64,000 nt of DNA, from the NCBI GenBank assembly GCA_945903645.1, contig CAMDOM010000003.1:64507-128506 (forward strand), written 5' to 3'. Of this stretch, positions 47,986 through 56,196 are shown one piece after another. Origin of the DNA: Chryseobacterium gleum. GTDB lineage: Bacteria > Bacteroidota > Bacteroidia > UBA10329. A model generated the notes under the pieces. The model saw only the letters and a program-made list of their open reading frames with translations, had not been told where the DNA came from and did no database searches. The translations under genes were made by a program, and so were the position numbers. Position 1 is the first letter of the stretch. Every line of letters starts with the position of its first letter.

Positions 47986-49158
47986 CTAAGATTTTTGCCC
48001 GAAAATCATTTCAGCAGACTTCTTGCCTATGCTTGCGCCCAAAGCCACGCCCATACCGCCCATGCGCACTGCACAGGTAATGTGAGTTGAAATTGTTTGT
48101 ACCAGAGTGTCTTTCGTTTTTCCCAATCCCATCACGCCCGACCACCTATGCGCTATGGAAAATTCCATGTTTGGGAGAATAGTTGTGCGCAATAACTCTT
48201 CCAATTTGTTCTGAATCAGTTCAGTTAGTCCAGTTAAGCTAGTAGTTTCGTTTTCAAAATCTAAATTTCGTCCACCGCCAATCAATATCCTGTTTCCTAT
48301 ATTTCTAAAATAGTAGTAGCCTTCCTCCAAGTGAAAGGTTCCATTTACCTTCAAATCAGCTATCGGATTTGTGATTAGAACTTGGGCGCGAGCAGGTCTT
48401 ACATCAAATTCGGGAAGCAATTCCTGGGCAAAACCGTTAGTTGCAATGTGAATGTGCCCAGACCAAAGTTCATATCCATTATCCAACAATGCGATTGCAC
48501 CAGTATTGCTTTCTGTAATAGTTGTTACTCCCATTCCTGTTAGAATGAAAATACCCAATGATTGAACTTTCTGTGTAAGCGAGTGCATCATTTTGCCAGT
48601 ATGCAAGGCACCTTCACCTTTGTTGTGAATGAGGTGAGAAACTCCTTCAAAACCAAATGCGGCAATTTTATGGTCAGCTACTTCATAGGTGTTGGACAAC
48701 CCAGTTAAATGACCAAGTTGCGTATTGGCATTAGAAATGAACGATAAACACTGGTTGAAAATAGCTTCATGCTTTGGAGTAAGTAGTTCAAATCCGCCAC
48801 AGTTTTCATAACCTAAAACATCATCTCCAATTAGGTTTCGAAGCAATTTCAATCCCTCAATTCGGTGAGCAACACGCTCAAAAACTTCACTTTCTGATTG
48901 GGTTTGCAAGTCTGACAGCAATTCACTGGCACTACCAAAACAGGCGAATCCTGCATTTTTTGTACTTCCACCACTTGGTAATGAACCTCGCTCTACAACA
49001 ACAATTTTTAGGTTAGGATTGCTTTGTTTACTGTAGATTGCAGTCGTTAATCCAACAATCCCACTTCCAATTATTAACAGGTCTATATTTGCAAGATATG
49101 TTTCAATTTCCCAGTAGCTTAAATTGGGCGGTTGAGCTGTTGTGAAAATTGTGTCCAT
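47986..49158 (-). CDS. FAD-dependent oxidoreductase (DAO family)
   Basis: The N-terminal Rossmann fold DLLIIGSGIVGLTTA and the DAO-like C-terminal region GGMGVALG. Confidence 0.75.
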   Translation of the reverse strand: MDTIFTTAQPPNLSYWEIETYLANIDLLIIGSGIVGLTTAIYSKQSNPNLKIVVVERGSLPSGGSTKNAGFACFGSASELLSDLQTQSESEVFERVAHRIEGLKLLRNLIGDDVLGYENCGGFELLTPKHEAIFNQCLSFISNANTQLGHLTGLSNTYEVADHKIAAFGFEGVSHLIHNKGEGALHTGKMMHSLTQKVQSLGIFILTGMGVTTITESNTGAIALLDNGYELWSGHIHIATNGFAQELLPEFDVRPARAQVLITNPIADLKVNGTFHLEEGYYYFRNIGNRILIGGGRNLDFENETTSLTGLTELIQNKLEELLRTTILPNMEFSIAHRWSGVMGLGKTKDTLVQTISTHITCAVRMGGMGVALGASIGKKSAEMIFGQKS

Positions 49159-49241
49159 TTGATGAATTTTGTGCGTCTAAAAGTGAAACAAATAAACGTT
49201 AACGAGGTAAGAGTTCGTCAGCGTAGCATCACCAATAATTC

Positions 49242-52200
49242 ATGAGTTTGAGTAGTTTATTTTTATTGAATCTCAAGCGAACATGTTTAGTAGCACTTCT
49301 GCTGTTTGCAGGGTTACAATCTACGTTCAGTCAGTCTCGAAATTTGGCAATTAATGGTTCCATTCGACAGTATCGCAAAACGCTGGAAGGTGTAAAAATC
49401 ACGCTTTATAAAAGTGGTCGCTCTGAAAAAGTAATGACTACAGCAGCTAATGGTAAGTTTTCCATGAATTTGGAGGTCAACGCAGATTACATTTTCGAGG
49501 TTATAAAGTCTGGCTATGTAAGTAAAAAGATTTCATTCAACACTAAAGTGCCGGATGATGTCAAGCAATCTTGGACATTTGATTTTGAGGTAGAGCTTTT
49601 TGAAGATTTGGAAGGCTTCGATAGAGCCATTTTCGTCAATCCTGTTGCTCAAGTAGAATTTAGTACGGAGCTAGGAGAGTTTGATTACAATCTTGACTAT
49701 TCTATGGAGTTTGAGAAGCAAGAGGAAGAAGCATTCAAAAAACTAGAGCAGATTAGTAAAGACGAGGAAGAGGATAAGAAAGCCGCTCAAGAGTTGGAAA
49801 AACTGCGTTTGGCTGCCGAAGAAGCGCGCAGAAAGAATGCTGAGGCTAAAATGATGTCTGATGCCTTGGCGCGCAAAGTGGAAGAAGAGAATAATCGCAA
49901 AGCCGAGGAAGCAGCTGAGACTAAACGCATAGAAGAGGAACGCATTCGCAAAGAACAAGAAGCCGTAGAAGCCAAGCGCTTAGAAGCCGAAGCTACAGTC
50001 AAAGCTGCCAATGAAGAGCGTATCCGCAAGGAACAAGAAGCCGCAGAAGCCAGACGATTAGAAGCCGAAGCAGCCAATGAAGAACGTATTCGTAAGGAAC
50101 AAGAAGCCGTAGAAGCCAAGCTCTTAGAAGCCGAAGCTACAGCCAAAGCTGCCAATGAAGAGCGTATTCGTAAGGAACAAGAAGTCGCAGAAGTTAAACG
50201 CATAGAAGCCGAAGCAGCGGCCAAAGCAGCCAATGAAGAACGTATACGCAAGGAACAAGAAGCCGCTGAAGCCAAACGTTTAGAAGTCGAAGCTATAGCC
50301 AAAGCAGCCAATGAAGAACGTATTCGCAAGGAACAAGAAGTCGCAGAAGCCAAACGCATAGAAGCCGAAGCTACGGCCAAAGCAGCCAATGAAGAACGTA
50401 TTCGCAAGGAACAAGAAGTTGCAGAATCCAAACGCATAGAAGCCGAAGCTATAGCCAAAGCTGCCAATGAAGAGCGTATCCGCAAGGAACAAGAAGTCGC
50501 AGAAGCTAAACGTATAGAAGCCGAAGCCACGGCCAAAACTGCCAAAGAAGAGCGTATTCGCAAGGAACAAGAAGTCGCAGAAGCCAAACGCATGGAAGCC
50601 GAAGCTGCCAATGAAGAGCGTATTCGTGAGGAACAAGAAGACGCAGAAGCCAAACGTTTGGAATCCGAGGCAGCAGCTAAAGCAGCCAATGAAGAACGCA
50701 TCCGAAAGGAGCAAGAAGTCGCAGAAGCCAAGCGTTTAGAAGCCGAAGCTGCCAATGAAGAGCGTATTCGCAAGGAACAAGAAGTCGCAGAAGCCAAACG
50801 TTTAGAATCCGAAGCTACAGCCAATGCTTCCAATGAAGAGCGTATTCTCAAGGAACAAGAAGCCGCAGAAGCCAAACGCCTAGAAGCCGAGGCATTGGCA
50901 AAATCGAATGCCGAAGAAAGGTTGAAAAAAGAGCAAGAAGCAATTGAGGCCAAACGATTGGATGCAGAAGCAGTAGCAAATACTGAAAAAGCTGAGCTTT
51001 TACGAAAGGAGCAAGAACTTGCAGAAGTCAACAGATTAAGTAACGAACTCAAGGGCAAGGAAGCCGCCAATGAGGAGCATATTCGAAAAGAAAAGGAGCA
51101 AGCCGAAGCCAAGAGTTTGGAAGACGAACATAAGTTGAAGGAAATAGCAGCTCAAGCGGAGGATCAACGCAAAAGAAGTGAAACTGATCTTGCATTAAAA
51201 TCGGATATGTTGAATCAACAATTCAGCGCTCTTCTCACTGAAGGTGATGCGTTTGTTTCTACTAAAGAGTATGAAAAAGCTAAGGCTAGCTATCGTCAAG
51301 CTCAAGTGCTTAATGCTGAATCTCAAGAGGTAGTTAGTAAAATTACTGAAGTAGATTCGCTAATTGCCAATCAAGTAGAAGAGGAGAAAAAAGAACTGGC
51401 CATTGAAAAGCAATACGCCTTTTTCATGAAAAATGGGGCTGCTGCATTTAGTAGAAAGCAGTTGGATGAGGCATTGAGCAACTACAGAGACGCGGCCGCG
51501 ATTCGACTTGAATTACCTGAGCCAAAAGCGAAAATTGAAGAGATTGAAAAGCTGATGCAGCTTGAGGCCAATCAGAAAGCGCTCGAAGCAGCACAAACAC
51601 AGCAATTTGCCAAGCTCGTAGCAGAGGCCGACAGAGATTTTAAAGCCAAGAACTACGAGCAATCGCTTCGTATGTACAAGGATGCTTTGGAGTTGAAGCC
51701 AACAGATAGAAACGTTATCACACGAATTACTTCCATAAATGAAATACAAGAGCGTGCCAAGTTAGCTGAACGCGCTAAATTGTCTAACGAAGAGGCAGAC
51801 CGTCAGGCCGAGCTGGATAAAATCAGAGCAGAGGAAGAACGTGTTAAAAAAACAGCAGTTGATGCTGATGAAAAACGATTAGCGGATGCACGTGCGGCCA
51901 AGGAGTTAATTGAGGCGCAAAAACGAGAGGAAACTGCTCGAGAGGCTTATGAGAAAGCGAAGTTGGCGGAATTAGCAGTCCAACAGGAAGCTGAAAATGT
52001 AAAGCGACAAGCCGAAGAGGAAGAAAAGCTTAGGTTTTTGGCCGAAATGAAAGTTATAGAAGAACAAAAGCGATTAAGAGAAGAAGAGGAATTAAAGGCT
52101 AAACAAGAATCCAAAGCTCAATCAGATAGAGCAAAAGCCGCAGCTGAGCAAGCAATTCGCGATGCTGAAAAGTCTAAAGCCGAAGATGCGGCAGCCAAAA

Positions 52201-53735
52201 AGTTAGCTTTGGAAGAGCAAGCGCTGCGTGAAAAAGAAGAAGAGGAACGCAAACTAGCTGAAGTACGTTTAGCCGAAGATATCCGGAGGTTGAAACTCAT
52301 TGAAGAGAACCGATTACTTCAAGAAGCTCGCGAAAAGGCCGATTTGGAGGCAAAAGCAAAAGCCGAGGAGGAAAATAGAACTCGGGAGGAGCGCTTAAAT
52401 GCAGATCGGGAACAATATGAGAAAGAAGGTGCGCAAGTGGCATTAAATAATGCAGAGCTCGAGCGCCAAGCACAAATTGCTGCCAATTTGGAAGAGCAAG
52501 AACGCAGAATGGCCATTGAAAAGGAACGTCAGCGCCAGCAGGAAGAGTATGATAGACAAGCACGAGAAGAGGCGGATAGACTTGCCGCAGAAGCAGAAGC
52601 TATTCTTCAAAAGGAAGTGAAAATGCGCGAAGACCGCATGAGAGCTGAAGTTGAAGCCAAGCTTAAAGGGGAATTTGAAAAACAGTTTGCTGGTGAAGTG
52701 AAAGAACTGAACCAACAAGAGCAAGACGAAGCAGAGTTTAAAGCGGTGATGGCACGCCAACAAGAGCTTGAAATGCGCAAAAAGGAAGAGGAAAAAGCGC
52801 AAAAAATTGCAATGCTAGAAACCCGTAGACGCCAACAAGAAGAGGCATATGCAGCACAACAAGAGGAGGCTAGAAAAGTGGAAGAGGCACGCAATAATGC
52901 TGAGAAGTCACGCATCAAAAAAGAAGCCGAAGAATTGGCAAGGGTAGAAGATGAACGCATCAAGCAGGAAGAACTAGCGCGTATTGCAGCCGAGCGCTTA
53001 GCCCAACGCGCAGCCGAAGAGGAAGCCAGAAGGCTGCAAGAAGAGGCTCGAAAGCAAGGTCAATTGGCTGCAGCAGAACAGGCAGCATTGCTTGCAAAGA
53101 AGGAACAACAGCAACGGGAAGAAGCACAACGCGCTATTGACGCGCAGAAAATTGCAAGGGCACAACAGGAATTTGCAGCTCAAGAACGGCTAAAAGCGAA
53201 GGAAAAAGCACGGAAAGTTGCCGAAGCCGAAAACTTAGCGCGCGTAGCCTTGGAGAAAAAAATCTATGACGATAAACTGAGGTTAGAAGCGGAGGAGCGC
53301 AAAAAAGTGGAAACTACGGCCAAGGAAGAGAACTACCAAAATAAAATTGAGTTTGAAAAGAAAGCCAAAGATTTGGCTAAAACAATGGTAGAATCAGAGC
53401 GCGTAGACTACGAGGAACAAACCCGTCAGAAGTTAGAGCTGGAGTATGCCAAGAAACGTGAGGAATTACTGGCCGCAAAATCTGCTCCTGCTAAGCCAAC
53501 TTTTTCAGGCATGTTTAGCCAATACCAAATTGATTTATCAGGACGTTATCCAGAAGGTGTAACGGAAGAATCTGAGATATTCCCGAATAGAGAGATAAAA
53601 CGAATTATAGTGAACCGTGGAGGCGGTAACGCCAATCTTTATAGCAGAGTGCAGTGGAATTGGGGAGGTGTTTATTATTTCAAAAACGACCAGAATACCT
53701 CCAAGCTAATTTTTGATTCAGAATCGAAGTGGTGA
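49242..53735 (+). CDS. Giant (1497 aa) secreted protein: signal peptide, carboxypeptidase-regulatory-like beta-sandwich, >1000 aa of E/R/K/A-rich predicted single alpha helix with tandem repeats and three TPR-like units, and a small C-terminal domain
   Basis: Signal peptide MSLSSLFLLNLKRTCLVALLLFAGLQSTFSQS. The CRD-like segment is GSIRQYRKTLEGVKITLYKSGRSEKVMTTAANGKFSMNLEVNADYIFEVIKSGYV. Tandem units read ANEERIRKEQE(A/V)AEAKR(L/I)EAEA(TAKA). Three TPR-like motifs are YEKAKASYRQAQVLN, LDEALSNYRDAAAIR and YEQSLRMYKDALELKP. The single uninterrupted ORF has no T9SS CTD. Confidence 0.7.
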   Translation: MSLSSLFLLNLKRTCLVALLLFAGLQSTFSQSRNLAINGSIRQYRKTLEGVKITLYKSGRSEKVMTTAANGKFSMNLEVNADYIFEVIKSGYVSKKISFNTKVPDDVKQSWTFDFEVELFEDLEGFDRAIFVNPVAQVEFSTELGEFDYNLDYSMEFEKQEEEAFKKLEQISKDEEEDKKAAQELEKLRLAAEEARRKNAEAKMMSDALARKVEEENNRKAEEAAETKRIEEERIRKEQEAVEAKRLEAEATVKAANEERIRKEQEAAEARRLEAEAANEERIRKEQEAVEAKLLEAEATAKAANEERIRKEQEVAEVKRIEAEAAAKAANEERIRKEQEAAEAKRLEVEAIAKAANEERIRKEQEVAEAKRIEAEATAKAANEERIRKEQEVAESKRIEAEAIAKAANEERIRKEQEVAEAKRIEAEATAKTAKEERIRKEQEVAEAKRMEAEAANEERIREEQEDAEAKRLESEAAAKAANEERIRKEQEVAEAKRLEAEAANEERIRKEQEVAEAKRLESEATANASNEERILKEQEAAEAKRLEAEALAKSNAEERLKKEQEAIEAKRLDAEAVANTEKAELLRKEQELAEVNRLSNELKGKEAANEEHIRKEKEQAEAKSLEDEHKLKEIAAQAEDQRKRSETDLALKSDMLNQQFSALLTEGDAFVSTKEYEKAKASYRQAQVLNAESQEVVSKITEVDSLIANQVEEEKKELAIEKQYAFFMKNGAAAFSRKQLDEALSNYRDAAAIRLELPEPKAKIEEIEKLMQLEANQKALEAAQTQQFAKLVAEADRDFKAKNYEQSLRMYKDALELKPTDRNVITRITSINEIQERAKLAERAKLSNEEADRQAELDKIRAEEERVKKTAVDADEKRLADARAAKELIEAQKREETAREAYEKAKLAELAVQQEAENVKRQAEEEEKLRFLAEMKVIEEQKRLREEEELKAKQESKAQSDRAKAAAEQAIRDAEKSKAEDAAAKKLALEEQALREKEEEERKLAEVRLAEDIRRLKLIEENRLLQEAREKADLEAKAKAEEENRTREERLNADREQYEKEGAQVALNNAELERQAQIAANLEEQERRMAIEKERQRQQEEYDRQAREEADRLAAEAEAILQKEVKMREDRMRAEVEAKLKGEFEKQFAGEVKELNQQEQDEAEFKAVMARQQELEMRKKEEEKAQKIAMLETRRRQQEEAYAAQQEEARKVEEARNNAEKSRIKKEAEELARVEDERIKQEELARIAAERLAQRAAEEEARRLQEEARKQGQLAAAEQAALLAKKEQQQREEAQRAIDAQKIARAQQEFAAQERLKAKEKARKVAEAENLARVALEKKIYDDKLRLEAEERKKVETTAKEENYQNKIEFEKKAKDLAKTMVESERVDYEEQTRQKLELEYAKKREELLAAKSAPAKPTFSGMFSQYQIDLSGRYPEGVTEESEIFPNREIKRIIVNRGGGNANLYSRVQWNWGGVYYFKNDQNTSKLIFDSESKW
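49935..50900 (+). repeat. In-frame coding tandem repeat array of 69/78/87-nt units, ~12 copies at >85% identity with degenerate copies continuing to ~51110
   Basis: The unit GAAGAGCGTATTCGCAAGGAACAAGAAGTCGCAGAAGCCAAACG(T/C)(A/T)TAGAAGCCGAAGCTACAGCCAAAGCAGCCAAT recurs head-to-tail. Unit lengths differ by multiples of 3 (insertion or deletion of the TAKA codons). Confidence 0.85.
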
Positions 53736-53882
53736 TAGTGGAAACACAATTCACCTGAATTTTCGAAACATGAACCACATCGAATTCAATAACGACCAAA
53801 AGCAGTAAAAAATTGCCGATTAGTTTTATCTTAATTGGATGTTAAAAATATTGTTGCAAGTCCAATGGTGATTCTATCCCTT

Positions 53883-54194
53883 CTACCCTTTAGTTGAAAT
53901 GGTTAAGGAATAGCTTCCATGAGGCAAATTAGGCATTGAAAATTGGCCAATAATATCTGTTTGAGTGCTGTAGGTTTTGTTATTCTCATCGCTCAATACT
54001 ACGGTGACGAACTCTAATAAATCTCCATTTGTATTCTGTATGCGGCCCGTTAATATTGAGTTTTTCCCACTAATCTGAGTGGACTTAAGATAAAACTTGG
54101 AGCCTGAACATTTGTGCTGTGTTGTTTCAAATTTGGTTTTATAGCCAAAAGCACTCACTATAACCCACAAGATAAGGATGATTAATGGTTTCAT
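53883..54194 (-). CDS. Small secreted carboxypeptidase-regulatory-like (CRD) beta-sandwich protein
   Basis: Signal peptide MKPLIILILWVIVSAFG. The CRD segment is GRIQNTNGDLLEFVTVVLSDENNKTYSTQTDIIGQFSMPNLPHGSYSLTIS. The track start GTG 54206 was moved to ATG 54194. It lies directly downstream of the porE-like gene. Confidence 0.5.
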   Translation of the reverse strand: MKPLIILILWVIVSAFGYKTKFETTQHKCSGSKFYLKSTQISGKNSILTGRIQNTNGDLLEFVTVVLSDENNKTYSTQTDIIGQFSMPNLPHGSYSLTISTKG

Positions 54195-54202
54195 CTTTTG
54201 TA

Positions 54203-56194
54203 TCACTTCCCTGTAATCACAAACTCCGTCCTGCGGTTTTTGGCTTTGCCCTCGGGGGTGGTGTTGGGGGCAAGGGGCTTGGTGGCGCCAAAGCCTTGGT
54301 GGGAGAGGCGCGCTGCGGCAATGCCCTTGGAGATGAGATAGTCGTTTACGGCCTTTGCGCGGTTTTGCGAGAGGGTCATGTTGAGGGCATCGCTGCCATC
54401 GCTATCGGTGTGGCCGTGGATGGCAACCTTGACCTTGGGGTTGGCTTTGAGGTAGTTGGCAAAAGCGGCCAATATGTTTTTGCTCGCTACGTTTAGTTCA
54501 AAGCGTTCAAACTCAAAATGGATGTCGTGTAGCCTATATGCCTCGCCTGCTTTGGCTTCTTTTACCTCTACATTCATTTTGGTAACGCCTGTTAGGGAAG
54601 TGTCTTCTGTGCTGAAATAGCGCGAGGTGAAGGCTGCACCTTCGCGCTCTACAGTCATGACCACATCGCTGGTAAAATTCATTACCGCCACGTAATTGCC
54701 CGTAATACTGTCGGCTTCCACCTCATACACTTCTTTGGTACGCATGTTTTCGAACCGCACTTTGGCATCGGTAACCCTTCTATTTTGGTCATCGGTGAGC
54801 TTGCCTTTTAGAAATAACACCTTATCGGGCTGGGCTTCTTTGTAAAGTGGAAAGCTGAATAAATCCCAGCCGCCATTACCGTCCTCGCGTTCGTTGCTGC
54901 TGAAATAAGCCGTTTTTCCATCTACAGCTACAAAGAAATTAACATCGGCACCTTCGGTATTTATGGGGTGGCCTAGGTTTTTTGGGGTGAGCCAATTGCC
55001 CAGGCTGTCGTGCTTAGTGAAATAAATATCGAAACTACCCACGCCTTTGTGCCCTTCTGAACTGAAATAAAGCGTGTGGCTATCTTCATGGATAAATGGC
55101 GATTTTTCGTTTTTCCTAGTATTGATAGTGGTACCCATGTTTTTGGCTTCGTCCCATGTGCCATCGTCTTTCAGGTGCGAATAGTACAAATCCATGTTGT
55201 CGATGTCGCCAATTTCATCTTCACGTATGCTTACGAAATAGAGCGTCTTTCCATCGGGGGTAACGGTGGGTTGGCCTTCGAAGGCGTTCTTTTTGTTGAC
55301 GCCTGGGCCAAGGTTTATGGGGTCGCTCCAACCATGATACTGCCAGTTGCTGTGAAAAATGTCGCAGTTTTTGTAGCCCTGAGCATCGTCTTCGCAAATG
55401 GTGAGAAACATGCGCTTGTTGTCGATGGTCATGCTGGCGCTGCCAATGTTTTCGGTGACATTGAAAGGACGAGGCATAGCAGTTCCGCCATCAAACTTGC
55501 CGTCAGGCTGTTTTTTACTGAGGGTAAATTCTTCCACTTGGCGAGGTGTGAGGTCGTTTTTGCGCGTCACCATGTGGTTGCGGATGTACAGGGCATTTTC
55601 TCCATCGGGCGAAAGGATGGCCAGATATTCATTATTGCGACTCGAAATTCCCGAAACAACGCTGGGCATAAACGCCACGGGATGGGCAAACAATGAATCG
55701 TAAAACGCGCATTGCGGTATCAAGCTTTCCACCTGCTCATATTTGGCCGTATAGTCTTTGGGATACATGCGTGGGTCTGGCAATTCTACCTTTAAGAAAC
55801 GCTTGAAATGCCCCTCGGCTTCCTTAAAGTCTTTGCGCTCCATGGCTATCACTCCCATAAAATAATAGGGGTAGGGATGGTAGTCTGGACATTGTTCGAC
55901 CACGCGCTGCATGGCATCATAGCCAAAACTGATGCCTTTGCCCATGGGGTTCTTTTCGGCCTTCGTCATTTGATCGAAGTATTTGGCGAAAAGGGCACCC
56001 GTGTGGTTGGGTTCTTCTTTGAGTATTTCCTCATATAATTCGTTGCGCACTGAGGGCTTCTTTTCGTCCACCGCTTCTTCCCAAAGCTTTTGCAGTTTTT
56101 TGGAGCCCGGCATCTCGCACCCTTCTGGGTTTTGGGCCGCCAGTTCTCCAGAAAAACAAAGCAGTAGGAAGGGAAGAAAACGAAGGTTCATCAT
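54203..56194 (-). CDS. PorE-like T9SS-associated protein: TPR + beta-propeller + carboxypeptidase-regulatory-like + OmpA_C peptidoglycan-binding domains
   Basis: Signal peptide MMNLRFLPFLLLCFSGELAAQ. N-terminal TPR-like helices (YYFMGVIAMERKDFKEAEGHFKRF). TolB/WD40-like blades (SPDGENALY, PDGKTLYFVS, GKTAYFSS). A CRD-like segment (KGKLTDDQNRRVTDAKVRFENMRTKEVYEVEADSITGNYV). The OmpA_C motif is HGHTDSDGSDALNMTLSQNRAKAV...NRRTEF. This four-domain order matches that described for Porphyromonas PorE. Confidence 0.65.
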   Translation of the reverse strand: MMNLRFLPFLLLCFSGELAAQNPEGCEMPGSKKLQKLWEEAVDEKKPSVRNELYEEILKEEPNHTGALFAKYFDQMTKAEKNPMGKGISFGYDAMQRVVEQCPDYHPYPYYFMGVIAMERKDFKEAEGHFKRFLKVELPDPRMYPKDYTAKYEQVESLIPQCAFYDSLFAHPVAFMPSVVSGISSRNNEYLAILSPDGENALYIRNHMVTRKNDLTPRQVEEFTLSKKQPDGKFDGGTAMPRPFNVTENIGSASMTIDNKRMFLTICEDDAQGYKNCDIFHSNWQYHGWSDPINLGPGVNKKNAFEGQPTVTPDGKTLYFVSIREDEIGDIDNMDLYYSHLKDDGTWDEAKNMGTTINTRKNEKSPFIHEDSHTLYFSSEGHKGVGSFDIYFTKHDSLGNWLTPKNLGHPINTEGADVNFFVAVDGKTAYFSSNEREDGNGGWDLFSFPLYKEAQPDKVLFLKGKLTDDQNRRVTDAKVRFENMRTKEVYEVEADSITGNYVAVMNFTSDVVMTVEREGAAFTSRYFSTEDTSLTGVTKMNVEVKEAKAGEAYRLHDIHFEFERFELNVASKNILAAFANYLKANPKVKVAIHGHTDSDGSDALNMTLSQNRAKAVNDYLISKGIAAARLSHQGFGATKPLAPNTTPEGKAKNRRTEFVITGK

Positions 56195-56196
56195 TG

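Noticed and set aside
49935-50900. Possible CRISPR array, suggested by regular direct repeats
   Set aside because: The units are contiguous with no spacers, are in-frame within a long ORF, and encode a coherent ER/K peptide repeat. This is a coding tandem repeat, not CRISPR.
49787-51112. A 441-aa Ser/Ala/Leu-rich minus-strand ORF, with several other minus-strand ORFs across 50280..53183
   Set aside because: These are antisense shadow ORFs created by the GAA/GCC-rich repeat coding sequence of the giant plus-strand gene. Their composition is a pure low-complexity reverse-complement artefact with no start or stop context.
55076-55703. Two plus-strand ORFs of 206 and 101 aa
   Set aside because: They are antisense within the PorE-like gene and are shadow ORFs.
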